Shown piece by piece: positions 28,679-38,315 of a stretch of DNA of 64,000 nucleotides. Origin of the DNA: an uncultured Ruminococcus sp. Its GTDB lineage: Bacteria > Bacillota > Clostridia > Oscillospirales > Acutalibacteraceae. The DNA lies in the NCBI GenBank assembly GCA_902763835.1, contig CACWTQ010000022.1:10133-74132 (forward strand), in the 5' to 3' direction. The notes under the pieces were generated by a model. That model did no database searches. It was not told the origin of the DNA and worked only from the letters and a program-made list of their open reading frames with translations. The first letter of the stretch is position 1; every line of letters starts with the position of its first letter. Both the position numbers and the translations under genes were made by a program.

Positions 28679-29260
28679 TCACAAATCAATTGAAACATAG
28701 GTTTTAAGAATTTGACGTGCAACCTCTATCTTAGATATCCTCATATCCATAGCCTGTTTTTCGATATACTTATGAGCTCTGTCCTCGCTTAAAGATAAAT
28801 ATTGCATAAGTAAAAACTTTGCTCTGTTAATTATTTTAGTTTCTTCAATAGTTGATTTCAGCCGTTCATTCTCCTTTGAAAGTCCTGCGTAACGCTTCTG
28901 AGCAGCCCTTACAACTCCGAGCGACTGCTTGAAAAGCATTTTGTTGATAGGCTTAGGAACAACCACCACACCGTAGTCAATAACGTTCTTACCCACAAAG
29001 CCTGCTTTATCCGACTGAACAAGCAATATAACCCCACAGACGGTTTCACGGCTTATTTCAACCGAGAGGTCTACTCCGTTGCTGTCTTCTATGGGTGCAT
29101 TTATAACCACAATGTCATAAACGGTATCATTAGCGTATTCCAAAGCAATTTTAGTATCGCTGACAACGTTTTCGACTTCATACGAATTTTCTTCCAGCAA
29201 GTCTTTCAAAACATTAACTGCCGTTGACAGCTTCGACACGAGCAATGCCTTATTTTTCAT
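28679..29260 (-). CDS. ANTAR-domain regulator with receiver-like N-terminal domain
   Basis: The C-terminal RAKFLLMQYLSLSEDRAHKYIEKQAMDMRISKIEVARQIL is an ANTAR domain. The receiver-like domain has N (VVINAP) where the phospho-Asp is expected. Confidence 0.8.
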   Translation of the reverse strand: MKNKALLVSKLSTAVNVLKDLLEENSYEVENVVSDTKIALEYANDTVYDIVVINAPIEDSNGVDLSVEISRETVCGVILLVQSDKAGFVGKNVIDYGVVVVPKPINKMLFKQSLGVVRAAQKRYAGLSKENERLKSTIEETKIINRAKFLLMQYLSLSEDRAHKYIEKQAMDMRISKIEVARQILKTYVSIDL

Positions 29261-29303
29261 AATTGAGCCACCACCTGTAAAAACAACCTTTATACATTAT
29301 ATA

Positions 29304-30425
29304 TCAATAGTTGCCCAAAAATGAGAACTCGGGAAGTTCTTCCGAAAGAGCACAAAGCATTCTGTAATTGTCCTCATTGTGAACATTGCCAATAAAATCA
29401 AGATAAAACAAATATTCAAACGGAACATTCGGGATAGGTCTTGACTCAATCTTTGTGAGGTCAAAACCGTGGGTTGCGAACCTGCAAAGCACGTTGTAAA
29501 GCGAACCGGGGTGATTCGACAGCGTGAAGCAAAGAGAGATTTTATCGGCTTTATCCGAAACGATAGCCTTTTTCGAGATAACTATAAAGCGTGTGCAGTT
29601 GTTGTCGTTATTCTGAATATTCTTATCGAGAACCTTAAGACCGTACTCATCGGCAGCCGCTTTGGTGCAGATAGCCGCCCAGTTTATACGTTTCTCCTCG
29701 GCAACTGTTTTTGCGGCGAGGGAAGTACTTCCGCATTTTTTTGTGGTGTAGCCGTTCTCGCTGATGAAAATGGAACACTGTGCCAAACCCTGTTCGTGTG
29801 AAAGAATATTTTCTATATTGGAAATATCGGTTTGCGGAATAGCACAAAGACAATGTTCAATCGGCAGGTCGATTTCACCGACAATATAGTATCTGTACTT
29901 CAGAATAAGGTCGTAAACTCTCGACACCGAACCTGCCGAGCTGTTCTCAACGGGAAGAACACCAAAGCTGCATTTATCGCTTGCAACGGCTTCAAACACC
30001 TTATCGAAATTCTTTTCAAGGCTGTAATTTGCATTCGGGAAAAATTCCATAGCCGCCAAGTGAGAATTTGACCCCGCACCGCCAAGACAGGCTACATTCC
30101 ATTTATCGGACTGCGTATCAAATTCACTGTCGGAATTAAGGATTACTTCTTTCAAATCATTGTTGCCGTTAATTATGGTGTGCTGCAAATCTCTTGAAAG
30201 TTCCATAATACTGCCGTAAAGCAATCTTGCGTACTTTCCGTACTCTCCGCCGAGCTTCTCCGCCCTGTCCAGAACGACCGCTTCTCTTTTAAGGTTAAGA
30301 ATAGGCGTACCCGATTCACGTTTGCTTTCGGCTACTTTCAGCGAACAATCCATTCTTTTTTTAAACAGTTCGATAATCTGCCTGTCCAAGCTGTCTATCT
30401 CTAATCTAATATCATTCAATTCCAT
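29304..30425 (-). CDS. pheA: bifunctional chorismate mutase / prephenate dehydratase
   Basis: N-terminal CM helix (LNDIRLEIDSLDRQIIELFKKRM), a PDT domain, and an ACT domain with TKIESRP. Confidence 0.88.
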   Translation of the reverse strand: MELNDIRLEIDSLDRQIIELFKKRMDCSLKVAESKRESGTPILNLKREAVVLDRAEKLGGEYGKYARLLYGSIMELSRDLQHTIINGNNDLKEVILNSDSEFDTQSDKWNVACLGGAGSNSHLAAMEFFPNANYSLEKNFDKVFEAVASDKCSFGVLPVENSSAGSVSRVYDLILKYRYYIVGEIDLPIEHCLCAIPQTDISNIENILSHEQGLAQCSIFISENGYTTKKCGSTSLAAKTVAEEKRINWAAICTKAAADEYGLKVLDKNIQNNDNNCTRFIVISKKAIVSDKADKISLCFTLSNHPGSLYNVLCRFATHGFDLTKIESRPIPNVPFEYLFYLDFIGNVHNEDNYRMLCALSEELPEFSFLGNY

Positions 30426-30446
30426 TGTTATTTAACCTCACATATT

Positions 30447-31520
30447 TTAAAGCATATTAATAACAGCTATCGCCGCCGCCGCTTCAATTACGGATACCGC
30501 ACGTGTTACAATACAAGGGTCGTGTCTGCCCTTTACGGAAAGAGTTGTATTCTCTTTACTCTGCAAATCTATAGTATTCTGTTTCATAGATATTGAAGCC
30601 GTAGGTTTAATTGCGGCTCTAAAAAGAATAGGCATACCGCTTGTAATACCGCCCAAAGCACCGCCGTGGTTATTCGTTCTTGTGCGGACGTTTCCGTTTT
30701 CGTCATAATAAAATTCATCGTTATTTTTTGAACCCGTGGAACGTGAACCCTCAAAGCCCGAACCGAACTCAATACCCTTAACGGCAGGCACACCGAAAAC
30801 AACGCTTGAAATCACATTTTCAACACCGCCGAACATAGGCTCGCCAACACCTGCGGGCATACCCTGAACTATACATTCTACAACTCCCCCGATACTGTCG
30901 CCCTTTGCTCTTACTGCGTCAACTTCGGCTCTAAGTTCGTTTTCCTTTTCGGGATTCACCAAAGCGAACTTTTCGCCATTAAGTCTGTCAATAAGCTCCT
31001 GTGAAACACCCGTAGGCTCAAACGGGTCGTCATATGTATTGCCGATTGAATAAATATGTGCGGCAATTTCAATACCTTTTCTTTTAAGTATTTGACGGAT
31101 AACAGCACCTGCAAACACAAGATTTGCGGTAAGTCTGCCCGAAAAATGACCGCCGCCACGAACATCGTTAAATCCGTCATACCTAAGATAAGCGGTATAA
31201 TCGGAATGTCCCGGACGAGGAGCATTCATAATGTTGCCGTAATCGCCGGAACGTGTATTTGTATTGTAAATGACAGCCGCAAGCGGAGCACCTGTAGTCA
31301 CTCCGTTGAGAACACCCGACAGAATTTCGGGTTTATCGGCTTCTTTTCGGGGAGTAGCGGTTTTATCGTTGCCCGGTGCTCTCCTTGCCATTTGTCTGTA
31401 AACCTCGTCCATATCTATTTTTTCGCCGCTCGGCAAGCCGTCGATAACTACACCTATTGCCGTTCCGTGGCTTTCACCGAAAACCGATATTTTTACTTTA
31501 TCTCCAAAATAAGAACCCAT
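30447..31520 (-). CDS. aroC: chorismate synthase
   Basis: FGESHG, RPGHSD and GRHDPC motifs. Confidence 0.93.
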   Translation of the reverse strand: MGSYFGDKVKISVFGESHGTAIGVVIDGLPSGEKIDMDEVYRQMARRAPGNDKTATPRKEADKPEILSGVLNGVTTGAPLAAVIYNTNTRSGDYGNIMNAPRPGHSDYTAYLRYDGFNDVRGGGHFSGRLTANLVFAGAVIRQILKRKGIEIAAHIYSIGNTYDDPFEPTGVSQELIDRLNGEKFALVNPEKENELRAEVDAVRAKGDSIGGVVECIVQGMPAGVGEPMFGGVENVISSVVFGVPAVKGIEFGSGFEGSRSTGSKNNDEFYYDENGNVRTRTNNHGGALGGITSGMPILFRAAIKPTASISMKQNTIDLQSKENTTLSVKGRHDPCIVTRAVSVIEAAAAIAVINML

Positions 31521-32776
31521 TATCTATCCACACCCTTTAAAGCTTTATAGTCGTCGAAGAAGTTTGTGTATGATTTAGTAATGCTTTCCTTGTCGGATAT
31601 GACAATTTCGCTCTCGCTTCTCAAAGCCGCAATTGCCATAGACATTACTATTCTGTGGTCGTTGTAACCCTCGGCAAAACCGCCCCGAATGCTCTCCGCA
31701 CCCTTAATCAGCAGACCGTCCTCCGTTTCCGCAGCATTTCCGCCGCAGCCGTTAAGACAATCGGATATTGCCGCAAGCCTGTCACTCTCTTTCAAACGAA
31801 CTCTTTCCGCATTGTAAATTCTGGTTGTACCCTCCGCAAACGACGCACAAACCGCAAGTATCGGAACAAGGTCGGGAATTTGAGAAGCGTCTATATCAAT
31901 TGCTCTCAGATTTCCTGCCTTACATCTTACGCTGTAGTCGCCTTGCTCAACATCAGCACCGAAACGCTTAAGCAGCTCGACAATCTCCTTATCGCCTTGA
32001 AAACTGTCTTTCTTCACACCCTCTGCGGTAACATCACCGCCAATCGCACCTCCGACCAAGAAAAATGCCGCCTGTGACCAGTCGCCCTCCGTTATGTAAT
32101 CACAGGGTTTGTATTTCTGATTACCCTTGATAATATAATCTTCGCCGTCAACATCTATTTCCACACCGAATTGTTTTTGCACAGAAATTGTCATATCTAT
32201 ATACCCTTTTGACTGCAAGGGTGAAGTCAAGTGAATAACGCTGTCACCGTCAAGCAGAGGCAAAGCAAATAGTAAACCTGTGATAAACTGTGAGCTTATA
32301 TCGCCCGGAACATCAAACTTTCCCGAGGCAAGCTGTCCTTTAATTTCAAACGGAAGTCCGCCCGAAGTTATGCACTCCACACCGTGTTTGGGGAGTAAAT
32401 CGGTATACACCCCGAGCGGTCTTTGAGGAAGTCTGCCCTTGCCGTTGAACGTTCCGTTTACACCGCCTGCCGCCGCAACGGGGATAAAAAATCTCACGGT
32501 AGACCCCGATTCACGACAGTCAAAAACTGCGGTTTTATTCTCAAAAATTTTAGTTGAATTTATTGTAAGCTTATCGCCGTCAACGGAAACCTCCGCACCG
32601 AGAGCCTTTATACAGTCGATAGTGGCTGATATATCCTCCGAAAAAGCCACAGGATAAACGGTACTGACCCCCTTAGCAAGTGCGGCACATATAATTGCTC
32701 TGTGAACGTCGCTTTTTGACGGCGGAATTTTAACCGTACCGCAAAGACTTGACGGCTTTACTATAACATTTGACAT
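31520..32776 (-). CDS. aroA: 3-phosphoshikimate 1-carboxyvinyltransferase
   Basis: PPSKSDVHRA, the RLKESDR motif and a 418-aa EPSP synthase layout. The stop overlaps the aroC start. Confidence 0.92.
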   Translation of the reverse strand: MSNVIVKPSSLCGTVKIPPSKSDVHRAIICAALAKGVSTVYPVAFSEDISATIDCIKALGAEVSVDGDKLTINSTKIFENKTAVFDCRESGSTVRFFIPVAAAGGVNGTFNGKGRLPQRPLGVYTDLLPKHGVECITSGGLPFEIKGQLASGKFDVPGDISSQFITGLLFALPLLDGDSVIHLTSPLQSKGYIDMTISVQKQFGVEIDVDGEDYIIKGNQKYKPCDYITEGDWSQAAFFLVGGAIGGDVTAEGVKKDSFQGDKEIVELLKRFGADVEQGDYSVRCKAGNLRAIDIDASQIPDLVPILAVCASFAEGTTRIYNAERVRLKESDRLAAISDCLNGCGGNAAETEDGLLIKGAESIRGGFAEGYNDHRIVMSMAIAALRSESEIVISDKESITKSYTNFFDDYKALKGVDR

Positions 32777-32787
32777 TTCTACTCCCC

Positions 32788-32903
32788 TTTTTTAACACGT
32801 GAAGATAGTTATTCTAATCTTTTTAACACGTGAAGATAGTTATTCTAATCTTTTTAACACGTGAAGATAGTTATCTTAATCCTTACTTTTTCTACCCGAC
32901 CGA
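32788..32903 (+). repeat. mosaic repeat locus: module B x3 in ~31-bp tandem units, then module C
   Basis: AACACGTGAAGATAGTT at 32794, 32825 and 32856; ACCCGACCGA at 32894-32903. It begins 6 nt from the aroA Shine-Dalgarno sequence. Confidence 0.9.
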
Positions 32904-33111
32904 AAGTTAATTTTATTCGGTAGTTTTTGACATACTTTATTTAGTAATTTAAAATTGTTCTATTATAGTTTATTTTGGTTTTAACATATTGAATAGAAAT
33001 ATATAATATAAATTTAAATATCTAAAGTCAGTTAAGCAACAATCAATTAAACTTTCAAACATCAGAAAATCATCTTAGAAAAATATCTTTCCTCAAAAAT
33101 ATAATTACACA

Positions 33112-33942
33112 TTATTCATTGAGTTTTTCTTTTATAAGCCGGCTTTTTTTCAAAAGCTCTTTCAGAACTTCCGAATTATTTTCATCTATCGCATTTTTAA
33201 TATTTGTAAGATTATCTATCAATATGGAAATTTCCTCCGATAAAGGTTCTTTGTTGCTGAGAAACAAATCCGTCCAAAGGTTCTCGTTGATGTTCGCAAC
33301 TCTCGACACATCACGGTAGCTCCCTGCCGAAAATCCCTTGTGATTCTCACAGCAAGGACTCATCACATACGCACAAGCCAAAACGTGCGGCACTTGCGAA
33401 GTAAACGCAATCATTCTGTCATGCTCCTCGGGAGTTGAAATTCTGACAATCCCGAAGCCTATCTCCTTTGCAAGCGTTGCCACCGTGTCAACCGACTTTT
33501 CGTCCGCACTGCACGGAACTACTATATAGCTTGCGTTTTGAAAAAGCTCCGCTTCAGCTGCGTCGTATGAAAATTTCTCTTTGCCTGCCATAGGGTGAGA
33601 GCCGACATACTGCAAGCCGTTTTTGTCGCAAATTTCCGTGAGCCGTCCGCAAATCTCCGTTTTAATGCCGCAGACGTCTGTTATTATACAGCCTTTTTTG
33701 AAATGCTCCGAGTTCTCCTCGACATACGAAACAATATGCTCGGGATATGTACACATATACACAATATCTGCTTTGGAAAGGCTTACAGCCGTTCCTATTT
33801 CGTGAATTGCACCGTCGGCAAAAGCACGTTTTGCCGTGGCTTCACTTCTGTTGATACCTATAACTCTGTGGTCGGTATACTTTGTGAACGCTTTTGCCAG
33901 CGAACCGCCGATTATACCAAGACCGACTATCACAATATTCAT
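33112..33942 (-). CDS. tyrA: prephenate dehydrogenase
   Basis: ATG at 33942 (MNIVIVGLGIIGGSLAKAF Rossmann motif) with AGAGGT upstream. The GSHPMAG motif is present. Confidence 0.88.
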   Translation of the reverse strand: MNIVIVGLGIIGGSLAKAFTKYTDHRVIGINRSEATAKRAFADGAIHEIGTAVSLSKADIVYMCTYPEHIVSYVEENSEHFKKGCIITDVCGIKTEICGRLTEICDKNGLQYVGSHPMAGKEKFSYDAAEAELFQNASYIVVPCSADEKSVDTVATLAKEIGFGIVRISTPEEHDRMIAFTSQVPHVLACAYVMSPCCENHKGFSAGSYRDVSRVANINENLWTDLFLSNKEPLSEEISILIDNLTNIKNAIDENNSEVLKELLKKSRLIKEKLNE

Positions 33943-33958
33943 ACCTTTACTAACCTCT

Positions 33959-34301
33959 TTTTTTAACACGTGAAGATAGTTATTTTAATCCTTACTTTTT
34001 CTGCCCGACCGATTTTTTAACACGTGAAGATAGTTATTTTAATCCTTACTTTTTCTACCCGACCGATTTTTTAACACGTGAAGATAGTTATTTTAATCCT
34101 TACTTTTTCTACCCGACCGATTTTTTAATACGTGAAGATAGTTATTCTAGCCTTACTTTTTTCTACCCGACCGATTTTTTAACACGTGAAGATAGTTATT
34201 TTAATCCTTACTTTTTCTACCCGACCGATTTTTTAACACGTGAAGATAGTTATTCTAATCCTTACTTTTTCTATTATACTTTATTTTTTAACCTGTACCG
34301 A
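33959..34301 (+). repeat. 54-bp tandem array of modules B+C (6 B copies, 5 C copies plus a degenerate sixth)
   Basis: AACACGTGAAGATAGTT (AATACGTG... at 34127) recurs at 33965, 34019, 34073, 34127, 34181 and 34235, an exact 54-bp period. Each is followed by ...CTACCCGACCGA. There are no unique spacers. Confidence 0.92.
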
Positions 34302-34342
34302 TTATAAATCAAATTCAAGAGATGTTGCACATTGTTTTCCCT

Positions 34343-34418
34343 CCTGCGGACGTTGTCCGCCGTTGTCCGCCGTTGTCCGCCGTTGTCCGCCGTTGTCCGC
34401 CGCCACAATTACGCATTA
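34343..34418. repeat. inverted module A, then 10-bp unit CGTTGTCCGC x5, then module E
   Basis: CCTGCGGACGTTGTCCGC; 34351-34400 is five exact copies of CGTTGTCCGC; CACAATTACGCATTA (34404-34418) overlaps the stop codon of the gene at 34416. Confidence 0.9.
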
Positions 34419-35852
34419 AACATTAGCCGTTTCGTAGAACATCATTGCGGTGTAAACAAAAATCGACAGTCCGCAGAACACCGTCATACCCTTTTTCAAA
34501 ACAGCCGCACTCTTTTTGTAATATTTACTCTTGATTTTATCCGCACTGTCAATATACATTCCCAGCATAGCAGAACCCGTAAATATAAGCGGTACACAAT
34601 ATCTCATATTTTCTGTACATACCTGCGGATAATTAATACAGAACATCATATAATTTCCGAATATAACAAGCGATACACCCGTAAGCAAAAGCTTATTTTC
34701 CAATTTTGCCTTTTTGTTTTTCAGCCACATCATAAAAAAAGCAATTGCGGAAAACAGCGATATAAATATTCCCGAAAAAAACAATGCCGTACAGAACGAC
34801 TGCAATGTTATACTTCTTGAAAAGAATGTACCCTCGTCAAACATAGCATTTTTCCAGAGTGCTATTATCGGATTAAACTCATTGTACGCTGCACCGCTCC
34901 ACTCCCACTGCGTAAACGGTGACGCAAACTGAAACGGCAGCCAATTAAGCAGTCTTTCAACAGGTGTTCTGTCTATGAATTGTCCGGAGTTCTCCGAAAG
35001 CTGCGGCACGTAATTCAGCGGAACGTCAAATTTAACGTAATTTCTTACCGACCAGAAAAGTCCTATCGGCACACAAATAATTCCAAACACAACAAACTGC
35101 GGAATAAGCTTTTTAAACTCCTTGATATTCTTTACAAAAATATACAGGAAAACAGCCGCAACACCCGGGGCAAGCAGACCTACCGAAAGCTTTGTAAACA
35201 TTCCAAGACCGATTGAAAATGCAATTATTATTATGTCAAGCCATTTTCTGTCTTTTGCCCATTTGATTGTATAATACATTGCTGTCATACTAAGCAGAGA
35301 TGACAATATATCGTTATTAAGACTTCCTGAAAGTATAATAAGCGTCGGGTGAAAGGTTACAATTGCCGTACATATTTGAACTGTTTTAGGTTTGAGGTCG
35401 AGAAGCCCCAACGCCTTATATGCAAAAACGGAATACAAAAAGGAATATGTCACCGTCAAGAATTGCAGCGACTGAACACCCGTTGTTTCAGCCGACATAC
35501 CCAGCTTGTTAATTATCGTAAGCCACAACGCACATATGATATGGTGCAGCGGAGGGTGATAGAACTGGAAAATATCTCTCGGGTCAAAATCGGGCAGAGT
35601 CCTGTTTTCGTACAGATAGCATATATATTCGCCGTGTCCGGCATTATGCTCAAAAAATTGGTGAACATCATGCTGACGTACATTTATCTCGGTATAAGAA
35701 ATATAAATAATTCTGAGTAACAAACCCGTTAAAAGTATCAGCCAACAAATCAAATCGCTGTCCAGACGCTTTGACTTCTTAAGATACAATCCCGTAAAAA
35801 GCGGTACTGTCAACATTAATGTCATAACAACGGGATATATATATATATTCAT
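34416..35852 (-). CDS. polytopic membrane protein, ArnT/PMT-like (GT39-type) glycosyltransferase candidate
   Basis: 478 aa with about 12 TM segments. The first extracytoplasmic loop with RQHDVHQFFEH...FYHPPLHH resembles the GT-C family. Confidence 0.55.
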   Translation of the reverse strand: MNIYIYPVVMTLMLTVPLFTGLYLKKSKRLDSDLICWLILLTGLLLRIIYISYTEINVRQHDVHQFFEHNAGHGEYICYLYENRTLPDFDPRDIFQFYHPPLHHIICALWLTIINKLGMSAETTGVQSLQFLTVTYSFLYSVFAYKALGLLDLKPKTVQICTAIVTFHPTLIILSGSLNNDILSSLLSMTAMYYTIKWAKDRKWLDIIIIAFSIGLGMFTKLSVGLLAPGVAAVFLYIFVKNIKEFKKLIPQFVVFGIICVPIGLFWSVRNYVKFDVPLNYVPQLSENSGQFIDRTPVERLLNWLPFQFASPFTQWEWSGAAYNEFNPIIALWKNAMFDEGTFFSRSITLQSFCTALFFSGIFISLFSAIAFFMMWLKNKKAKLENKLLLTGVSLVIFGNYMMFCINYPQVCTENMRYCVPLIFTGSAMLGMYIDSADKIKSKYYKKSAAVLKKGMTVFCGLSIFVYTAMMFYETANV

Positions 35853-35877
35853 TAATTACTCCACTCTCCAAACGTGA

Positions 35878-36390
35878 TTACTTAATCGAATTATAAATAT
35901 TCATAATTCGGCTGCAAACCTTTCTTGGGGATTCCTCTGCGTCAATAACATAATCTGCCGCTCTGTTGTAAAGCGGAGTTCTCTGCGAAAGCATCATTTT
36001 AACGGCTTTCTCCTTATCAGCTCTCTGCAAAAGCGGACGTGTGTCGTCGTTCTTCAAGCGTGTGAGAACCGTATTTGACGAAACATTCAACAAAAACACA
36101 ACACCGTTTTTCTTTATAGCTTTAACATTTTTGTCCTTAAGGAGTGTGCCGCCGCCTGTGGAAATAACGGCTGCGTGCAGATTTGAAAGCTCCTTGCAGA
36201 CCTCAAGTTCCAGATTGCGAAAATAGTCCTCGCCTTTCTCGGCAAAAATTTCCGAAATAGTCATACCCTCTTTTTGCTCGATATAAGAATCGGTGTCGAT
36301 AAACTTCATACCCATTCTTTCGGATAATTGTTTTCCTACGGTACTTTTTCCGCACCCCATAAATCCGCACAAAATAATATTTTTTCTCAT
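35878..36390 (-). CDS. aroK: shikimate kinase
   Basis: P-loop GFMGCGKSTVG, 170 aa. Confidence 0.9.
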   Translation of the reverse strand: MRKNIILCGFMGCGKSTVGKQLSERMGMKFIDTDSYIEQKEGMTISEIFAEKGEDYFRNLELEVCKELSNLHAAVISTGGGTLLKDKNVKAIKKNGVVFLLNVSSNTVLTRLKNDDTRPLLQRADKEKAVKMMLSQRTPLYNRAADYVIDAEESPRKVCSRIMNIYNSIK

Positions 36391-37244
36391 TATTTGTTCA
36401 GCTCCTTATAGCAGTCCTCGGCAAGCTTTTCTATATCTTTCGGGTCAAACTCCGAACCGTTCCAAATAGTCTGAGCGGCAGCCGCCTGATACACAAGCAT
36501 AGTCATTCCCGAAATAGCCTTTATACCCTTTTCCCCAGCCTTTTTCACAAGTAGAGTGTCGGTAGGGTTATACACTGCGTCAAACACAGCCTTTGCCTTT
36601 TCGATAACGCTGTCGGACACCGCACAAGCGTCAACTTTCGGGAACATACCTATAGGAGTAGCATTTACAAGCAGGTCGCTTTCACCGTTGAAATCGTCTG
36701 TTGCGTATACGGTTGCCGTACCCTCGCCGTATCTCTCATTGAGTGAATCCGCAAAAGTGCGTGCGTTCTCCAAAGCCGCATCACATTCAAGGATATTGAG
36801 TTTACAGCCGTGCGGAACACAAGTATTCGCAAATACTCTTCCTACACCGCCGCAGCCTACTATTGTAACAGTTTTGCCGAACTCAATGCCTGCATTTTCA
36901 AGAGCCTTTTGGAATCCGATACCGTCGGTTGTAAAGCCTTTTGAAGTATAAGTACCGTCATCGTTATGAGTGAATGCCACAGTGTTTACAGAACCGTACA
37001 AATCGGCGGTGGAATCCTTTTCGGTGAGGAGATGAATAACGGCTTGCTTATGAGGAATTGTCGCATTAAAGCCGTCAAGCTTGGAGAGAGTGTCAGCGAA
37101 TTTTTGGTCAAGCTCCTCGGGTGCGATGTCGAAAACTCCGTAATCTCCGTCAATACCCGACAGTGCAAGCAGTCTTGTATGAATGAACGGTGACAGCGTA
37201 TGACTGATAGGGTGACCTATTACACCGTAATGTTTTTTGCTCAT
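36390..37244 (-). CDS. aroE: shikimate dehydrogenase
   Basis: GVIGHPISHTLSP, NATIPHK and GCGGVGR motifs. The stop overlaps the aroK start. Confidence 0.9.
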   Translation of the reverse strand: MSKKHYGVIGHPISHTLSPFIHTRLLALSGIDGDYGVFDIAPEELDQKFADTLSKLDGFNATIPHKQAVIHLLTEKDSTADLYGSVNTVAFTHNDDGTYTSKGFTTDGIGFQKALENAGIEFGKTVTIVGCGGVGRVFANTCVPHGCKLNILECDAALENARTFADSLNERYGEGTATVYATDDFNGESDLLVNATPIGMFPKVDACAVSDSVIEKAKAVFDAVYNPTDTLLVKKAGEKGIKAISGMTMLVYQAAAAQTIWNGSEFDPKDIEKLAEDCYKELNK

Positions 37245-37284
37245 ATTAAAACACTTCTTTCATTATAAAATTACACATAATATA

Positions 37285-37313
37285 ATTATACCGCAAAATC
37301 CTCTTTATTTCAA
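37285..37313 (-). promoter_or_regulatory. sigma-A-type promoter of aroE-aroK
   Basis: The minus strand reads TTGAAA, a 17-nt spacer, then TATAAT, about 40 nt before the aroE ATG. The inverted repeat ACCGCAA/TTGCGGT brackets the -35. Confidence 0.6.
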
Positions 37314-37403
37314 GACGGATATTGCGGTTTGTAAATTTTGTTTTATTATTTTTGATTTTTATAGATAATTTCTTTTAGTATTTTATTCACTTCATCAATA
37401 GAG

Positions 37404-37552
37404 GCGGACAACGTCCGCAGGAAACAAGCAAAAATAGTCTTTATATTTTCAACTTCACGCACTCGCCCACTGTAATTACACATTACAAATTACGAGCAAA
37501 AAACAAATTCTCGTTTGATTGATTAATTTCCGCCTATCACAATTACGCATTA
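37404..37552. repeat. mosaic repeat locus: module A, degenerate B/C, E-like, E
   Basis: GCGGACAACGTCCGC (37404-37418), CCCACTGTAATTACACATTACAAA (about 37461-37485), CTATCACAATTACGCATTA (37534-37552, 3 nt from a stop codon). Confidence 0.7.
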
Positions 37553-37555
37553 TTA

Positions 37556-38158
37556 TTACCGTGTTCCTACAGGGGCACTATATGCCGAAAAATTCACCAT
37601 AGGATTAGTCGGGTCATATTTTATCTCGATAGTCTTGCCGACCTGAATATCCTCGCTTTCCTCGTAAACAAAGCACTCCCCCGAATACAAATTATTGCTG
37701 TTGGTGCTGAACTCATAGCGAACCTTGTAGCGAGATTTCTCTACAGACTTCCACGGCTGTTCCCAAGACTTGCTTGCATTCTCCCAAATTAACATTTTAT
37801 TCTTCTCCGCATTTGCTTTGTTAAAAGAAAGGCTTCTTCCGTGTCTTTCATAAACTTGCAGATACTCGGTTTTTTCGGGCTTAGGAGTATAAGGCTGAAC
37901 ATAGTACGGAACTTTTTCAATGCCAATAATTTTAGCTTCTGCTGTTTTATATTCCCTGAAACGTTCCGCCGACCTTTTCGGTTTCTTCGTTGTAATATGC
38001 AGATACACAAGATATACTACAAAAATAAGGAATACTGCACCTACAATAATTAAAATAATAGATGTAACCATATTTGTTTTCCTTGAAATTTCCTGAATAG
38101 CGTCACGGTCAACATTATCGAACCCACTGCCTAACAAAGACAACATATTCAAATTCAT
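37556..38158 (-). CDS. DUF3592-like single-TM protein
   Basis: An N-terminal TM and a C-terminal beta domain ending VGKTIEIKYDPTNP. Confidence 0.55.
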   Translation of the reverse strand: MNLNMLSLLGSGFDNVDRDAIQEISRKTNMVTSIILIIVGAVFLIFVVYLVYLHITTKKPKRSAERFREYKTAEAKIIGIEKVPYYVQPYTPKPEKTEYLQVYERHGRSLSFNKANAEKNKMLIWENASKSWEQPWKSVEKSRYKVRYEFSTNSNNLYSGECFVYEESEDIQVGKTIEIKYDPTNPMVNFSAYSAPVGTR

Positions 38159-38315
38159 AGTATTTTCCCCATTCCAAACTTTATTCTTTAATTTTGATTA
38201 TACACAAAAAAGTGTGCGGTGTCAATAAGCGTGGAAATTTTCGCTTCAATCAAATGGACAAACACAAAAATTTAAAAAAAATTATAATAATTTCAAAAAA
38301 AATTCAAAAAACATA

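Noticed and set aside
33959-34301. Regularly spaced 54-bp repeats that might be called a CRISPR array by a repeat finder.
   Set aside because: The whole 54-bp unit repeats, so the would-be spacers are identical between units. There are no unique spacers, no cas genes and no leader. The same modules occur singly at many other loci, so this is a tandem amplification of the mosaic repeat.
34332-34820. 162-aa plus-strand ORF beginning in the 10-bp repeat tract (..VVRRCPPLSAVVRR..).
   Set aside because: It is a translation of the CGTTGTCCGC repeat followed by antisense of a well-supported membrane protein gene.
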